From Bryobacterales bacterium (GTDB lineage: Bacteria; Acidobacteriota; Terriglobia; Bryobacterales; UBA6623), in contig OY729428.2 of assembly GCA_963422375.2 (NCBI GenBank), forward strand, positions 3,328,001 through 3,392,000: a DNA stretch of 64,000 nucleotides, in the 5' to 3' direction. A program made the position numbers and the translations under genes. The notes below the pieces were generated by a model. It made no database searches, was not told where the DNA came from, and saw nothing but the letters and a program-made list of their open reading frames with translations. Below are positions 62,622 through 64,000 of the stretch, in pieces (the stretch's first letter is position 1; every line of letters starts with the position of its first letter).

Positions 62622-62936
62622 ATAATCTGCTGGTATGCGGAACACAATGCGCCTTCGGTGATTGACGATGAGAACGAGTTTCTCTGCTGGATCCACAATC
62701 TAGCAAGGCTGCGGAATTCCGCTACACCGGCGTCCAACCCATTGGTCCGGAAGGGCGGAGTTGACGAAAAACACAATTCCGCCAAGTGATGTGTGTGAGA
62801 AGCTGATTCGTAACCAGAGATCATTGCAGTGTCATCACTTGCCTTTTCGTGCTGAGGTTCAACCTCACGATGACAGTTCGATTGAATGGAGCCGCTAATG
62901 GCTGATTGAACAGCTGCGGCAACAGCCGCTTGGACC

Positions 62937-64000
62937 CTATCCCAAGACCTCCGTCAGCGCTCCCGTGCTGTCGCCGAACGCCTCGGTATTCGTGCCGAGG
63001 CTGCCCAGCAGCGTCACGAACAGATTGGACAGCGGCACGTCCTCGCCGAACTGGCGGAAGCTGCCGTGGGCCAGACCGAGATCGCTCCCGCCCGCCAAGA
63101 GCAGGGGGTAGTTCAGGTTCACGTGCGTCTGGCTGTTGCTGCTGCCATAAAGGATGACCGTGCTGTCGAGCAGCGAGCCGTCCCCCTCCGGGGTCTCCTT
63201 CAGCCGCCGTATGAAATAGGCGAGCTGCTGCGTCAGGAACAGGTGCCACCTGCCCAATGGCTCCGCTCCCTCGTCGCTCTTGCGGGCGTCGTGGGCCAGC
63301 TTGTGCATGTTGTCCGACAGTCCGAGGAGCTGGGGAAACTTCCCGGCGATCGAGGTCGCCCCGTTCATATTCCCCAGCTGGTACGTCGCCACACGGGTGG
63401 AGTCCGTCTGGAAGGCGAGGAAGATCAAGTCGTACATGGTCTTGATCAGCTCGCCCGGCGTCGAGTCGTCAGCCTCGAGGTGGAGCCCCGAAGCGTCCAC
63501 GGACGGCGTGGGAATCTCGAGCCACTGCTGCGAGCGATCGACTCGCCTCTCGATCTCCCGCACCGAGGCGAGGTACTCGTCCAGCTTGGCGCGGTCGTGC
63601 CTGCCGAGCACCGCCCGCACGGACTTGGAATGCTCCAAGACGAGATCCAGCATGCTGCGAGAGCTGTCGAGGCTCTGGCGGCGGGCCTCAAGCGAGCGCC
63701 GGTCGAGGCCGAACAGGCGGTCGAATACCACCCTAGGGCGATTCATGGCCGGCAGCGGCTGGCCGTTGGCGGCGAAGCTCAGGGTGCTCGATCGGGTCGG
63801 CTCGCCGACCCCGCCGTCCGTCGAAAGGACGAGCGACGAATGCCTCGTGAGGTCGCCCCAGCGCGCCGCCGCGACTTGGTCCATCGACACGGTGTTCTCG
63901 AGGTGCCCTTCCTTCAGCTCGGCCGAGGTGAGCCAAGTGTCCGCGGTGTCGTGGCCGCCCATGTTGCGGCCCTTCGGATGCGAGAGCCCGCCCAGCACCG
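62937..64000 (-). CDS. DUF1552-family protein (5' truncated by window edge)
   Basis: SMDQVAA, PR.VFDRLFG, DRAKLDEYL.SVREIERR, AFQTDSTRVAT, SLLDSTVILYGS, PLSNL. Confidence 0.85.
   Translation of the reverse strand, partial: VLGGLSHPKGRNMGGHDTADTWLTSAELKEGHLENTVSMDQVAAARWGDLTRHSSLVLSTDGGVGEPTRSSTLSFAANGQPLPAMNRPRVVFDRLFGLDRRSLEARRQSLDSSRSMLDLVLEHSKSVRAVLGRHDRAKLDEYLASVREIERRVDRSQQWLEIPTPSVDASGLHLEADDSTPGELIKTMYDLIFLAFQTDSTRVATYQLGNMNGATSIAGKFPQLLGLSDNMHKLAHDARKSDEGAEPLGRWHLFLTQQLAYFIRRLKETPEGDGSLLDSTVILYGSSNSQTHVNLNYPLLLAGGSDLGLAHGSFRQFGEDVPLSNLFVTLLGSLGTNTEAFGDSTGALTEVLG

Larger units (their letters stand above)
60604..62824 (-). pseudogene. Hypothetical gene split by IS66 (62824-62622 joined to 60799-60604)
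   Basis: Removing IS66 plus TSD gives ...AYQQIIVMGLSALPMILRQL...WFWALREIAGVDPV...RGN...MAYT*LEWG. Confidence 0.65.

Noticed and set aside
59383..62930. Integrative element or prophage at tRNA-Leu
   Set aside because: No integrase and no duplicated tRNA 3' end within the window

Overview
GC-rich bacterial chromosomal segment. Gene content (hspR/dnaJ, ECF-sigma/HEAT/DUF4097/PDZ cluster, hpnI, UbiD-type menaquinone decarboxylase, sulfatase, DUF1080, DUF1552) suggests Acidobacteriota; the many decayed IS elements suggest a host-associated lineage (both inferences). Housekeeping blocks (transporters, recO, mnmA, M2 peptidase, cytochrome c peroxidase, methylmalonyl-CoA mutase, flotillin/NfeD, murB, nadB, aroB, ubiE, glnA, tRNA-Leu) alternate with four decayed mobile patches (~6.0-10.0, 30-38.6, 49.8-55, 59.4-62.9 kb). 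The most unusual signals are in the mobile DNA: (1) a 255-bp MITE in two copies with 6-bp TANNTA target duplications that carries a tandem pair of NrdR-box-like motifs 32 bp apart; (2) an IS1595 element enclosed by the terminal repeats of the unrelated IS630 found 31 kb away; (3) a '1.5-copy' inverted IS composite that has transposed twice as a unit; (4) repeated 9-15-bp tandem micro-duplications in transposase genes; (5) an AT-rich patch inside an intact GC-rich mscS gene. No CRISPR array, rRNA or intact prophage is seen. Family assignments come from motif recognition by eye, not database searches.
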